Under the pieces are notes generated by a model. That model was not told the origin of the DNA. It saw nothing but the letters and a program-made list of their open reading frames with translations, and searched no databases. A program made the translations under genes and the position numbers. A stretch of 56,613 nt of DNA from an uncultured Candidatus Saccharibacteria bacterium. GTDB lineage: Bacteria > Patescibacteriota > Minisyncoccia > Phycocordibacterales > VMEP01. Location of the stretch: contig CAZOFV010000001.1 of the NCBI GenBank assembly GCA_964579635.1, positions 71,622-128,234 on the forward strand, written 5' to 3'. Positions 21,761 to 30,733 of this stretch are shown piece after piece (within the stretch, counting starts at the first letter, position 1; each line of letters opens with the position of its first letter).

Positions 21761-22162
21761 ATGTCCTCAACAGAAGTAAAAACTAAAAAAGTGGCAGAGA
21801 AAAAGGTTGCTTCAAAAACAACTCGTGTCTCCAAAGCTTCAGCAAAAGAAGAGGTTATTGCCAAACTTCGCATAAGAGTGCGAGCATATGAGAGTAAAAT
21901 TCTTGATGCTTCAGTGAAACAAATCATTGATACAGCACTTCGTTATGATGCGAAACTAGTTGGTCCAATTCCGCTTCCTACTGAAATAAAGAAGTACACA
22001 GTCAACCGCTCGTCATTCGTCTATAAGAATGCGCGAGAGCAATTCGAGATGAGGATTCACAAGCGAGTAATTGATATTCTTAACCCTTCGGCAAAGATTA
22101 TCGAAGCACTCACAAACATGAATCTTCCGTCGGGCGTTGATATTGATGTGAAGATGCTCTAA
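21761..22162 (+). CDS. rpsJ: 30S ribosomal protein S10 (N-terminal extension)
   Basis: GPIPLPT, REQFEMRIHKR. Confidence 0.96.
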   Translation: MSSTEVKTKKVAEKKVASKTTRVSKASAKEEVIAKLRIRVRAYESKILDASVKQIIDTALRYDAKLVGPIPLPTEIKKYTVNRSSFVYKNAREQFEMRIHKRVIDILNPSAKIIEALTNMNLPSGVDIDVKML

Positions 22163-22180
22163 AAACTGGAAAGCCAGTTT

Positions 22181-22214
22181 AAACAAAAAATCCCCTATTA
22201 GGGGATTTTTTGTT
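22181..22214. terminator. Intrinsic terminator after rpsJ
   Basis: AACAAAAAATCCCC-TATTA-GGGGATTTTTTGTT. Confidence 0.85.
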
Positions 22215-22417
22215 GTGTGTGTTTTTGTTTTTCTAAAACCTACCGCTTTTGTCTTTAAAAACATTATGTGATTTTTTTGGATTTTCTTAAAATCCGGACT
22301 TTTTCTTTTGAATTTTAATATCTCGAAATACCTCCAAAAAACATTGCGCAGTGCGACGGCACGAGCATAGTAAATTTTTAGGGTCAAAAGTGAAAAAACA
22401 TAAAATTTTATATTTTG

Positions 22418-22569
22418 TTGCATTTTTTATTGGCTTCTGTATAATCCCCGTTACTCTTCATTGAGTAGATCTAAGTTCCCGCCAGTTCACGAATTGGCCG
22501 TTTCTGGGAACCAATGGACAATCACCCCGCTTTGGTGAAGTCCATTGCGGTTTTTTTATTGTAAAAAAC
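22418..22569 (+). promoter_or_regulatory. sigma70 promoter and structured leader of rplC
   Basis: TTGCAT-16-TATAAT, then three hairpins ending in a T-run before the GTG start. Confidence 0.65.
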
Positions 22570-23199
22570 GTGAAATTCCTCTTAGGTATAAAAAAGAATA
22601 TGGAACAGTTTTTCTCCGAAGACGGGAGAGCTTTTGCGGTGACTATCGTTTCCGCAACACCTCTTACTGTTATGAGAACAAAAACAGCAAAGTCTGACGG
22701 TTATTCCGCTGTACAGGTTGGTCACGGAGAAAAACGAGAAAAACTTCTTTCAAAGGCTGAATTAGGCCAGAGAAAAGGTTTTGCTAATTTTCGTAAATTG
22801 AAAGAATTCAGAATGCCAGAGGACAAACTTGGTGAATATAAGCCTGGCGACATGCTTGATGTTTCTCAGTTTGAAGTCGGTGACAAGATTGCCGTCTCAG
22901 GTGTTTCAAAAGGAAAAGGATTCCAAGGTGTTGTTAAAAGACACGGGTTTGGTGGTGGACGTCGTTCGCACGGACAAAAGCACTCAGAGCGTGAACCAGG
23001 TGCTATCGGCGGTTCTGGTGGTCGCGCCGGAGGTCGTGTTGCAAAGGGTATCCGCATGGCTGGTAGAATGGGGTCTGACCGTGTTACGGTTAAAAACCTT
23101 ATGGTTGCCGGGGTTGATAAAGAAAACAACACAATTTTAATCAAAGGAGCTCTTCCAGGGAAACCAGGAACACTTCTTGAGATTAGAAAAATTTCATAA
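22570..23199 (+). CDS. rplC: 50S ribosomal protein L3
   Basis: DGYSAVQ, SKGKGFQGVVKR, MAGRMG. Confidence 0.97.
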   Translation: MKFLLGIKKNMEQFFSEDGRAFAVTIVSATPLTVMRTKTAKSDGYSAVQVGHGEKREKLLSKAELGQRKGFANFRKLKEFRMPEDKLGEYKPGDMLDVSQFEVGDKIAVSGVSKGKGFQGVVKRHGFGGGRRSHGQKHSEREPGAIGGSGGRAGGRVAKGIRMAGRMGSDRVTVKNLMVAGVDKENNTILIKGALPGKPGTLLEIRKIS

Positions 23200-23204
23200 A
23201 AATC

Positions 23205-23945
23205 ATGGAAAAGGCTAAAACACAAAAGAATAAAGTAGCTACGGCTAAAGAAAGCGTTAAGAAAGTACGCCCTGTGGTTGATATGAACGCAAAGATTTAT
23301 AACCAAGACGGAAAAGATGCTGGCACAGTTGAACTTCCAAAGACTGTTTTTGACGTTAAGTGGAATGATGACTTGGTTCATCAGGTCATGCTTTCGATGC
23401 AGTCTAACGCTCGTGCTGGTACAGCTCACACTAAAAATAGAGGAGATGTACGCGGAGGTGGTAAGAAACCTTGGGCACAGAAAGGAACCGGTCGCGCACG
23501 ACACGGCTCTTCAAGAAGCCCTATTTGGCGTGGTGGTGGTGTGACGTTTGGTCCACGTGCTGAGAAAAACTATGATCGCAAGATAAACAAGAAGATGAAA
23601 GTTAAGGCGCTTTACACCGTTTTGTCGAGGAAATTTAGAGATGGCGAAATTCTTTTTGTTGATACATTTAAACTAGCTTCTCCAAAAACAAAAGAAGCAA
23701 AAGCTATTTTTGAAAAAATAGTAGCGGGAGCAAAGCTCACAAAGACAACAATGAAGAAAAGAAATACTGCATACTTAGCTCTTGGGGCAAAAGATGTTCA
23801 AGTAGAAAAGAGTTTCCGTAATCTTCCAAATCTTGAGACAGGTAATGTTCGCGACTTGAACCTACTTTCTTTACTTAACCACCGTTACATTATAATTTCC
23901 GAACCAAAAGAAAGTATTTCGTTCTTGTCGGCAAAGATTAAATAA
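23205..23945 (+). CDS. rplD: 50S ribosomal protein L4
   Basis: KKPWAQKGTGRARHGS..SP.WRGGG. Confidence 0.97.
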   Translation: MEKAKTQKNKVATAKESVKKVRPVVDMNAKIYNQDGKDAGTVELPKTVFDVKWNDDLVHQVMLSMQSNARAGTAHTKNRGDVRGGGKKPWAQKGTGRARHGSSRSPIWRGGGVTFGPRAEKNYDRKINKKMKVKALYTVLSRKFRDGEILFVDTFKLASPKTKEAKAIFEKIVAGAKLTKTTMKKRNTAYLALGAKDVQVEKSFRNLPNLETGNVRDLNLLSLLNHRYIIISEPKESISFLSAKIK

Positions 23946-23950
23946 AATAT

Positions 23951-24307
23951 ATGGCACGAACAGCAAAAAAAGAAGAAGTTAAAGGAGTCGCAGCTAAGGC
24001 GAAGATTCAGCCTGTTGCTAAGCAAGCGAAAAATACTGGTGCATACACCCTTGTTCGCCCACACATCACAGAGAAAGCATCTTTCCTTACTTCTTCAAAC
24101 GTATATACACTTGTGGTTCCAGTTGAAATGAACAAAAAAGAAATCTCAAAGGTTGTTGAGAAATTATATAAAGTTAAAGCTCTTAGGATTACCACAGCCC
24201 CTATTAAGAAAAAGAATATTTTTAATCGCGGAAAGTGGGGCACCAAGGGAGGCGGTAAAAAAGCTTACGTGTTTTTGAAAAAGGGCGATTCAATTGATTT
24301 TGCATAA
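23951..24307 (+). CDS. rplW: 50S ribosomal protein L23
   Basis: RPHITEK, KKAYVFL; position in operon. Confidence 0.93.
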   Translation: MARTAKKEEVKGVAAKAKIQPVAKQAKNTGAYTLVRPHITEKASFLTSSNVYTLVVPVEMNKKEISKVVEKLYKVKALRITTAPIKKKNIFNRGKWGTKGGGKKAYVFLKKGDSIDFA

Positions 24308-24317
24308 TTAAACTATT

Positions 24318-25160
24318 ATGAAAACCTACAAACCAACATCACCATCAAGAAGAAATATGACAGGCGTAGTATATCGCAATGTTATTACCCATACAGAGCC
24401 ATTAAAAGCTCTTACCAAGGGTCGTAAGCGAGATAGTGGCCGTAACTCTGCTGGACGCATTACCACTCGCCATAAAGGAGGTGGGCACAAAAGACTCTAT
24501 CGTGATATAGATTTTAAATATAATAAATTTGATATTCCAGCAAAGATTGCGAGCGTTGAATACGATCCAAACCGCACTGGTTTTATAGGTCTCGCCGTCT
24601 ATAAAGATGGAGAGAAGCGCTACGTGCTTTTGCCTAAATCGGTTGGAGTGGGAGATTCTTTCATTGTTAGTGAAACCGCAACAATAACTCCTGGAAACCG
24701 TATGCCATTGAAGCAGGTTCCTGTTGGTACTTTTGTTTACAACGTTGAACTAAAACCAAAAGGTGGTTCAAAAATTGCACGTGGAGCCGGTGTTTATGTT
24801 GAAGTTGTTGCAAACAACGACGGTTACACTCACTTAAAAATGCCATCTACTGAAGTTCGAAAAGTTTCTGATAAATGTTACGCATGTATCGGTCAGGTTT
24901 CAAACGAAGAACACGGACTTGTAAAAATAGGTAAAGCAGGACGTTCTCGTTGGATGGGTATTCGCCCAACAGTTCGTGGAACAGCTATGAACCCTGTTGA
25001 TCACCCACACGGTGGAGGTGAAGGACGCCAAGGACGCGGTCTTCGACGCGCAAAGAGCAAGTGGGGTAAGCCAACAGGTAAGGGTCAAAAGACACGCGCA
25101 CCTAAAAAATATTCAAACGTCTTTATTGTTTCAAGACGTAAGGTTGGAAAGAAGCGATAA
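24318..25160 (+). CDS. rplB: 50S ribosomal protein L2
   Basis: EYDPNR, AMNPVDHPHGGGEG. Confidence 0.98.
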   Translation: MKTYKPTSPSRRNMTGVVYRNVITHTEPLKALTKGRKRDSGRNSAGRITTRHKGGGHKRLYRDIDFKYNKFDIPAKIASVEYDPNRTGFIGLAVYKDGEKRYVLLPKSVGVGDSFIVSETATITPGNRMPLKQVPVGTFVYNVELKPKGGSKIARGAGVYVEVVANNDGYTHLKMPSTEVRKVSDKCYACIGQVSNEEHGLVKIGKAGRSRWMGIRPTVRGTAMNPVDHPHGGGEGRQGRGLRRAKSKWGKPTGKGQKTRAPKKYSNVFIVSRRKVGKKR

Positions 25161-25204
25161 TAATATAGTTATAAACAAAAAATCTCGTCACATGGCGAGA
25201 TTTT

Positions 25205-25288
25205 TTATGGGTTTACTTTTATTCCTGCGGGTATAGTATTTTTCTTAGTTTACTTCTTTAATTTTTTGGTGGAGGAACCATGTCAAGA
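25205..25288 (+). repeat. 84-bp promoter-RBS-start module, copy 1
   Basis: 81/84 identical to 26223-26306; TTTACT-16-TAGTAT, GGAGG, ATGTCAAGA. Confidence 0.92.
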
Positions 25289-25696
25289 GAATCAGACGGC
25301 ATTCTTTTTTCGGCAGTGTGTGGACATTGCGGTGAGTGTTGGGATGATCATGAAAACCCATATCAGTATGGCTGGACAGAAGACAGGATGAAGGAGTGTC
25401 AGCCTGGCTTCAAAAAATCGCTTTATGACTGCCCAGGGTTTCAGGTTAGAAAGATTGATTTACCCGACATTGTACTTGTTTCTGCAAGACGATTGTTTTT
25501 GGGAGAACCCCAACTACCTGTTTTTTGGGAATATCCCGGGGTCAAGTCTGCCTCCGAGCATTGTCTAAAACAAAATCAAGCGGGGTGGAATTCGGCTGAA
25601 AGGAAACATCAATGGTCAATGCATAGTGATTGCGTACTCCTTATTGGTGTTAATCCCAAAACAGGAACATCTGTTGTCATTGACTACGGTAGCTGA
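25280..25696 (+). CDS. Cys-rich hypothetical protein (cassette gene)
   Basis: 138 aa, CGHCGEC; strong SD; terminator near 25756-25795. Confidence 0.75.
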   Translation: MSRESDGILFSAVCGHCGECWDDHENPYQYGWTEDRMKECQPGFKKSLYDCPGFQVRKIDLPDIVLVSARRLFLGEPQLPVFWEYPGVKSASEHCLKQNQAGWNSAERKHQWSMHSDCVLLIGVNPKTGTSVVIDYGS

Positions 25697-25895
25697 TACG
25701 CCAACCATGGTGCATAAGGTCGGACTTTTGGATGAGTAGTTCTTCGGAACAAGATAATCGGCACGGGATTCTCACCCCGCGCCGATTTTTGTTTTACTAA
25801 ATGAAATTTATTCGGTCGTTTACAATTTTTTCAAGATTGCGTAGTATCACTCATAGAGAGAAAGTTCAAAGTTTTCTTACTGGGGGATTTCACCA

Positions 25896-26162
25896 ATGGA
25901 CGATAAATTTAAACTGTTTCATGAGATTTCTCGATTTTTACGCACTGCCCCACAGCCTGCGGTAATCGCTTGGAGGGAAGGGTGGAGTAAAATTACCCTA
26001 CATCCCGATGGGTTTGATTCATGGGATTCGTGTGGATGCTGTACGACAGGGTACTCTCCGGGTTGGTATGGCGAAAACCCTGAAGGGGCACGGCGTTGGA
26101 TTTGTGGCCCCAAAGGAGAGAGCGTCAAAGGGAAAGCTCCAGAGGGAATCTGTTGTTTGTGA
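25896..26162 (+). CDS. Small hypothetical protein (cassette gene)
   Basis: TTTACA-17-TAGTAT promoter, G-rich RBS, terminator near 26182-26219. Confidence 0.65.
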   Translation: MDDKFKLFHEISRFLRTAPQPAVIAWREGWSKITLHPDGFDSWDSCGCCTTGYSPGWYGENPEGARRWICGPKGESVKGKAPEGICCL

Positions 26163-26222
26163 AAATCTGGGTAACTAAAACAAAAACTCGCAAGGACCAT
26201 CTCGGTCCTGCGGGTTTTTCTG

Positions 26223-26306
26223 TTATGAGTTTACTTTTATTCCTGTGGGTATAGTATTTCTCTTAGTTTACTTCTTTAATTTTTTGGTGGAGGAACCATG
26301 TCAAGA
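26223..26306 (+). repeat. 84-bp promoter-RBS-start module, copy 2
   Basis: See copy 1. Confidence 0.92.
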
Positions 26307-26546
26307 CTGAGAATTACAAGCGCCCAGGTGCTTGCGAAGATTGCTGGTCCAGAATGTGGAATTTATGGCCAGGTCAGAATCACAGCACCGCTTAACAGTG
26401 TTTTTCAGGGAATTACCGCCCCAAGTCTCTGGTTGGCGGGAGTGAGCAGACTTTTCCCCGAAATTCCAGATAGCCATCTTTCCATGGCGCCTGATGATAG
26501 TTTCGCTGTGCTCGCGGACCGTATCGCCGATTACTTGAATAGCTGA
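26298..26546 (+). CDS. Small hypothetical protein (cassette gene)
   Basis: 82 aa; starts inside the repeated module; terminator 26569-26600. Confidence 0.7.
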   Translation: MSRLRITSAQVLAKIAGPECGIYGQVRITAPLNSVFQGITAPSLWLAGVSRLFPEIPDSHLSMAPDDSFAVLADRIADYLNS

Positions 26547-26568
26547 CGAATAACTCGCCAGAAGAATG

Positions 26569-26860
26569 AAAAAAGCCCTGCGCATGCGCAGGGCTTTGTT
26601 GTAGGTGGCCCCCGCCGATTGGGGGCAGACCTCCTGGTATCTCATCGAATGTAGTGCATGTCGTCGCGTACGCCGGCATGACACGAACACAATTTCAATG
26701 GCGGACAACGCCATCCGAGGGCGCATTCCAGGGTGAGGGACTTGATTACAACGACCTGCCTCCTTTACTCATAGCCTAAGTCCGATTAGGGAGCGGCATT
26801 AATCGAGGGGAATATGTGGACAGGACGCCCGACGACCCCAAGATTAGTCACCAAATCCAT
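26569..26860 (-). ncRNA. Candidate structured non-coding RNA (unassigned)
   Basis: GC-rich and hairpin-rich with no convincing ORF; TTGTCA-17-TAACAT promoter and U-tailed terminator on the minus strand. Confidence 0.35.
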
Positions 26861-26977
26861 TTTTAATGTTATCTAGTTTAGTTTGGTTTGACAATGGTTT
26901 TTCTTCTGATAATATGCACGACAAGCTCACTTGGGCTGTTTTTGTTTGTTTTTCATTAATTATACTAATTACTACAA

Positions 26978-27322
26978 ATGACCAGGTCACTAAAAAAAGG
27001 ACCATACGTTGACCCACGCCTTCTAAAAAAGATAGAAGGTAAAAAACCACTTGAAGCTGGGGTTATTAAGACTTGGTCACGACCATGCCAGATTTCTCCG
27101 GAAATGGTTGGTTTTACTTTTGGTGTACATAATGGAAAAACACATATCGAAGTTTTGGTTACAGAAGATATGGTTGGACATCGCCTAGGTGAATTTTCTC
27201 CTACAAAGAAATTCTTAAGACACGGAGGTAAGATGCAGAAGGAGCTTGAGCAGAAGAAGAAACAGGCAGAAATTTCTGCTGCACAGTCTGCTAAGGCCGC
27301 TGCTGGTGACAAAAAGAAATAA
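26978..27322 (+). CDS. rpsS: 30S ribosomal protein S19
   Basis: [23 protein letters not shown]. Confidence 0.97.
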   Translation: MTRSLKKGPYVDPRLLKKIEGKKPLEAGVIKTWSRPCQISPEMVGFTFGVHNGKTHIEVLVTEDMVGHRLGEFSPTKKFLRHGGKMQKELEQKKKQAEISAAQSAKAAAGDKKK

Positions 27323-27327
27323 AAAAT

Positions 27328-27750
27328 ATGAAAGCTGTACTAACAAATTATCGTCAGTCACCAAGAAAAGTTAGATTAGTAACTGATTTGGTAAAAGGAA
27401 AAAGTGTTGATCACGCACTTGCTTTACTTGCTTTCTCTGGAAAGAGAGCTGGAGACCCAATTCAGAAATTAATTCGTTCAGCTGCAGCAAATGCTAAGGC
27501 CAACAATAAAACTGAAGGTGAGCTTTTCATAAAAGAATTTCGTGTTGATGAAGGAATAACTCTTAAGCGTTCAATGCCTCGTGCTCGTGGATCAGCTTTC
27601 CCAATTAAGAAGCGTCAGAGCCATGTTTTGTTGGTTCTTGGGGAGCGAGGAGTTGTAGAGGCAAAAGAGACAAAGAAGGTTACTGCTTCGGTTAAAAAAG
27701 CAGAGAAATCTGAAAAAAGTATTACTAAAAAGCCAAAGACTAAAAGCTAA
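27328..27750 (+). CDS. rplV: 50S ribosomal protein L22
   Basis: SPRKVRLV, PRARG. Confidence 0.97.
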   Translation: MKAVLTNYRQSPRKVRLVTDLVKGKSVDHALALLAFSGKRAGDPIQKLIRSAAANAKANNKTEGELFIKEFRVDEGITLKRSMPRARGSAFPIKKRQSHVLLVLGERGVVEAKETKKVTASVKKAEKSEKSITKKPKTKS

Positions 27751-27764
27751 AAGCTGTTATTATC

Positions 27765-28439
27765 ATGACCCACGTTGTCCATCCATACGCACACAGAATA
27801 GGAATTTTAAGAGATTGGAAATCTCGCTGGTTTGCAACGCTTGGTGGAAAATACAGCAAACTATTACGTGGCGATGTTTTGTTACGTGAATACCTTGAAA
27901 AGAAGCTCCGCGGTTTTTATATTGACTCAATCGATATTGAAAGAAGTCCAAAAACACTACGTTTAAATATTAGAACATCACGCCCAGGAATGGTTATTGG
28001 TAGAAGTGGTGAGGGTTCAACTCGTCTACGCAACGACATTGTTTCTTTCATGAGAAAGAATAAATTAGAAACTCCTGGTGAACTAAAGATTGATATTGAA
28101 GAAGTTTCTTCACCAGAAACAAGCGCAGCTATTGTTTCTTATATGGTCGCTGAGGCTCTTGAAAAACGTTTACCATTTCGTCGCGTTTTGAAGCAAACTG
28201 TTGAAAAGGTTATGGCCAACCGTGACGTAAAAGGTGTTAAGGTTTCTTTGTCTGGACGTTTAGGTGGAGCTGATATGGCAAGACGAGAGCATTTGAAGCG
28301 TGGAGGAATTCCACTTCAAACAATGCGTGCTGATATTGATTTTTACCGAGAAAAAGCTCACCTTCCATACGGCGATATTGGTATTAAGGTTTGGATTTAC
28401 AAGGGTGAGATTTTTGCTAAGGATCAGGAAAAAAAATAA
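27765..28439 (+). CDS. rpsC: 30S ribosomal protein S3
   Basis: RPGMVIG, SGRLGGA, GIKVWIYKG. Confidence 0.97.
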   Translation: MTHVVHPYAHRIGILRDWKSRWFATLGGKYSKLLRGDVLLREYLEKKLRGFYIDSIDIERSPKTLRLNIRTSRPGMVIGRSGEGSTRLRNDIVSFMRKNKLETPGELKIDIEEVSSPETSAAIVSYMVAEALEKRLPFRRVLKQTVEKVMANRDVKGVKVSLSGRLGGADMARREHLKRGGIPLQTMRADIDFYREKAHLPYGDIGIKVWIYKGEIFAKDQEKK

Positions 28440-28451
28440 CCCAATAAATTT

Positions 28452-28880
28452 ATGTTATTCCCTAAAAAAGTTAAATACCGAAAGTGGCAGACAACAAGGA
28501 AGAATCCTGCTAAGTTGAAAGTGGAGACACGTGGTCTTTCTCTTTCCTACGGTGCTTTCGGGTTAAAAGCCCAAACCGAAGCTCGTGTTGAAAGCAAACA
28601 AATTGAAGCTGCAAGACGCGCTATGTCACGTGCTCTAGGCAAGACAGGTCGTATTTGGATAAGAATCTTCCCTGATAGGCCAATAACAGCTAAAGCAGCG
28701 GAAGTTCCTATGGGTAAGGGAAAAGGAGATCCAAAGGGATATTGTTTCCAGGTTAAACCAGGAAGGATTTTGTTTGAAGTTGATGGTGTAGTAGAATCAG
28801 TCGCGCGTGAAGCGTTACGAAAGGGTGGTACAAAACTTCCTCTTAAAACAAAGTTTATGAGTCGCGCCGGAATGGTTTAA
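28452..28880 (+). CDS. rplP: 50S ribosomal protein L16
   Basis: QIEAAR, IFPD.P, MGKGKG. Confidence 0.97.
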   Translation: MLFPKKVKYRKWQTTRKNPAKLKVETRGLSLSYGAFGLKAQTEARVESKQIEAARRAMSRALGKTGRIWIRIFPDRPITAKAAEVPMGKGKGDPKGYCFQVKPGRILFEVDGVVESVAREALRKGGTKLPLKTKFMSRAGMV

Positions 28881-28890
28881 TTATATTTTT

Positions 28891-29088
28891 ATGAAAGATC
28901 TAAAAACAAAAAAAGACGAAGACGTAAAGAAACTTCTTGTTGAGAAACAAGATGCTTTAAGAGCTTTTCGCCTAGGTCTTTCTGGAAGTAAGATAAAGAA
29001 CGTTAAAGAGGGTGCAGAGATAAAGAAAGATATCGCGCGAATCATGACTGAAATTTCAAGTCGCCGAATTGCAGTATCTGCGAAATAA
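28891..29088 (+). CDS. rpmC: 50S ribosomal protein L29
   Basis: KKDIARIMT; position in operon. Confidence 0.92.
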   Translation: MKDLKTKKDEDVKKLLVEKQDALRAFRLGLSGSKIKNVKEGAEIKKDIARIMTEISSRRIAVSAK

Positions 29089-29096
29089 ACATTTAT

Positions 29097-29348
29097 ATGA
29101 CAAAAGCAATAGAACAAAAAAAGAAGAAAGTATTAAAAGGAAAGGTTGTTTCCGATAAAATGGACAAAACCGTTGTTGTTCTTATTGAGCGATATGTAAA
29201 GCATCCTAAATATGGTAAGTTTATGAACCTAACAAAGCGTTATAAGGCACATGACGAGACAAACGCTTTTAAGGTTGGAGATGTGGTCGAAATAGAAGAA
29301 ACAAGACCTATGTCTAAAGACAAGTGTTTTATAGTACGAACAAAATAA
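29097..29348 (+). CDS. rpsQ: 30S ribosomal protein S17
   Basis: [22 protein letters not shown]. Confidence 0.97.
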   Translation: MTKAIEQKKKKVLKGKVVSDKMDKTVVVLIERYVKHPKYGKFMNLTKRYKAHDETNAFKVGDVVEIEETRPMSKDKCFIVRTK

Positions 29349-29352
29349 TTTT

Positions 29353-29721
29353 ATGATACAAGATGGCACAGTAGTAAAAGTTACAGATAACTCCGGAGCA
29401 AAAATCGGAAAGGTTTTCAAAGTGCTCGGCGGTTCAAAGAGACGATATGCACAAATCGGCGATCTTGTTGTGCTTTCTATTAAGATTGCTGAACCACGCA
29501 AGGCAACAAAGAAAAAAGATGTTGTTAAGGGGGTTGTCGTTCGCCAAAGAAAGCCTTTCAAGCGTAAGGATGGTTCATATATCTCTTTTGATGATACAGC
29601 TGTTGTTCTTGTTGATGATAAAGGAGAACCAAAGGCAGGTCGTGTTTTCGGACCAATTCCTCGTGAAATCGGCGAGCGTGGTTATCAGAAGATTGTTTCA
29701 CTTGCACCTGAGGTTATATAG
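29353..29721 (+). CDS. rplN: 50S ribosomal protein L14
   Basis: DNSGAK, RVFGP, SLAPEV. Confidence 0.97.
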   Translation: MIQDGTVVKVTDNSGAKIGKVFKVLGGSKRRYAQIGDLVVLSIKIAEPRKATKKKDVVKGVVVRQRKPFKRKDGSYISFDDTAVVLVDDKGEPKAGRVFGPIPREIGERGYQKIVSLAPEVI

Positions 29722-29727
29722 AAAAAT

Positions 29728-30033
29728 ATGAAAATCAAAAAAGGAGACAATATAATAATAATTGCTGGAAAAGACCGCGGAAAGAAGGGTAAGGTTGTTA
29801 AGGCTATGCCTAAAGACAATAAAGTTGTTGTTGAAGGTTTGAATATGGTGAAGCGCCACAAGAAAGCCCGCAAGGCAGGAACAAAAGGACAGACTGTTTC
29901 GGTTGCTATGCCACTTAATGTTTCAAACGTTATGGTTGTTGATCCAAAGGATGGCACACAAACACGCACAGGTAAGAAACTTTCTGGTGGTAGATTTGTT
30001 CGTGTGACAAAAAAGAGCGGAAGCGAAATATAA
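29728..30033 (+). CDS. rplX: 50S ribosomal protein L24
   Basis: KKGD...AGKDRGK KOW motif, SNV. Confidence 0.97.
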   Translation: MKIKKGDNIIIIAGKDRGKKGKVVKAMPKDNKVVVEGLNMVKRHKKARKAGTKGQTVSVAMPLNVSNVMVVDPKDGTQTRTGKKLSGGRFVRVTKKSGSEI

Positions 30034-30037
30034 AAAC

Positions 30038-30586
30038 ATGAAAATAAAAACGACAAAAGAAAAAGAAATAGAAGCTTACGATAAGCTAAAGGCAGAGTTT
30101 GGTTATAAAAACAAAATGGCTGCGCCAAAACTTTCTAAGGTTGTTATTTCTGTTGGCGTAGGAAATCTTTTAAAGAAAGACAGAACCAAGGGTGATTTCG
30201 TGAATGGCAGACTAGGTAAAATAACCGGACAGAAATCTGTTGCTCGTGGTGCAAAGAAAGCTATTGCAACCTTTAAATCAAGACAGGGCGATATTATTGG
30301 TTATATGGTCACCTTACGCGGGGCTCGTATGTACTCTTTCCTTGAAAAACTTTTCAATGTTGCATTACCTCGCACCAAAGACTTTCGTGGTATAAACCGT
30401 ACCGCTGTTGATGAAATGGGTAATCTTACGATTGGTATCAAGGAGCATACAATTTTCCCTGAAACAGCAGATGAGGAACTAAAAGATGTTTTTGGTATGG
30501 CTATAACATTAGTCAGTACTGCAAAAAGTAAAAAAGAAGGAATGGCTTTTTACGAACTTCTAGGAATTCCATTCAAAAAGAAATAG
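30038..30586 (+). CDS. rplE: 50S ribosomal protein L5
   Basis: ITGQK, VTLRG, PRTKDFRG, IFPE. Confidence 0.97.
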   Translation: MKIKTTKEKEIEAYDKLKAEFGYKNKMAAPKLSKVVISVGVGNLLKKDRTKGDFVNGRLGKITGQKSVARGAKKAIATFKSRQGDIIGYMVTLRGARMYSFLEKLFNVALPRTKDFRGINRTAVDEMGNLTIGIKEHTIFPETADEELKDVFGMAITLVSTAKSKKEGMAFYELLGIPFKKK

Positions 30587-30733
30587 GATATTTTTATCTA
30601 AAAACAAAAAACCTCTCTGTAAAAAGAGAGGTTTTTTGTTTGACATACAGCAGTTAAAGAGTAATCTTCTAAATGGGTGTGTGAAGTACGGCATTTTGCC
30701 AAAAATCGTTTTTTCAAAAAATGAGGTGCAATC

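Noticed and set aside
22866-23504. 212-aa minus-strand ORF and many other antisense or alternate-frame ORFs over core genes
   Set aside because: Shadows of well-supported genes, with no motifs or RBS.
25205-26306. Repeats as a CRISPR array, integron attC sites or a DGR template/variable pair
   Set aside because: Only two copies with gene-sized spacing; no cas, intI or reverse transcriptase in the window; no attC box structure; mismatches are not adenine-specific.
26301-26726. 141-aa minus-strand ORF
   Set aside because: Runs through a terminator and is antisense to the SD-led 26298 ORF; no SD at a usable spacing.
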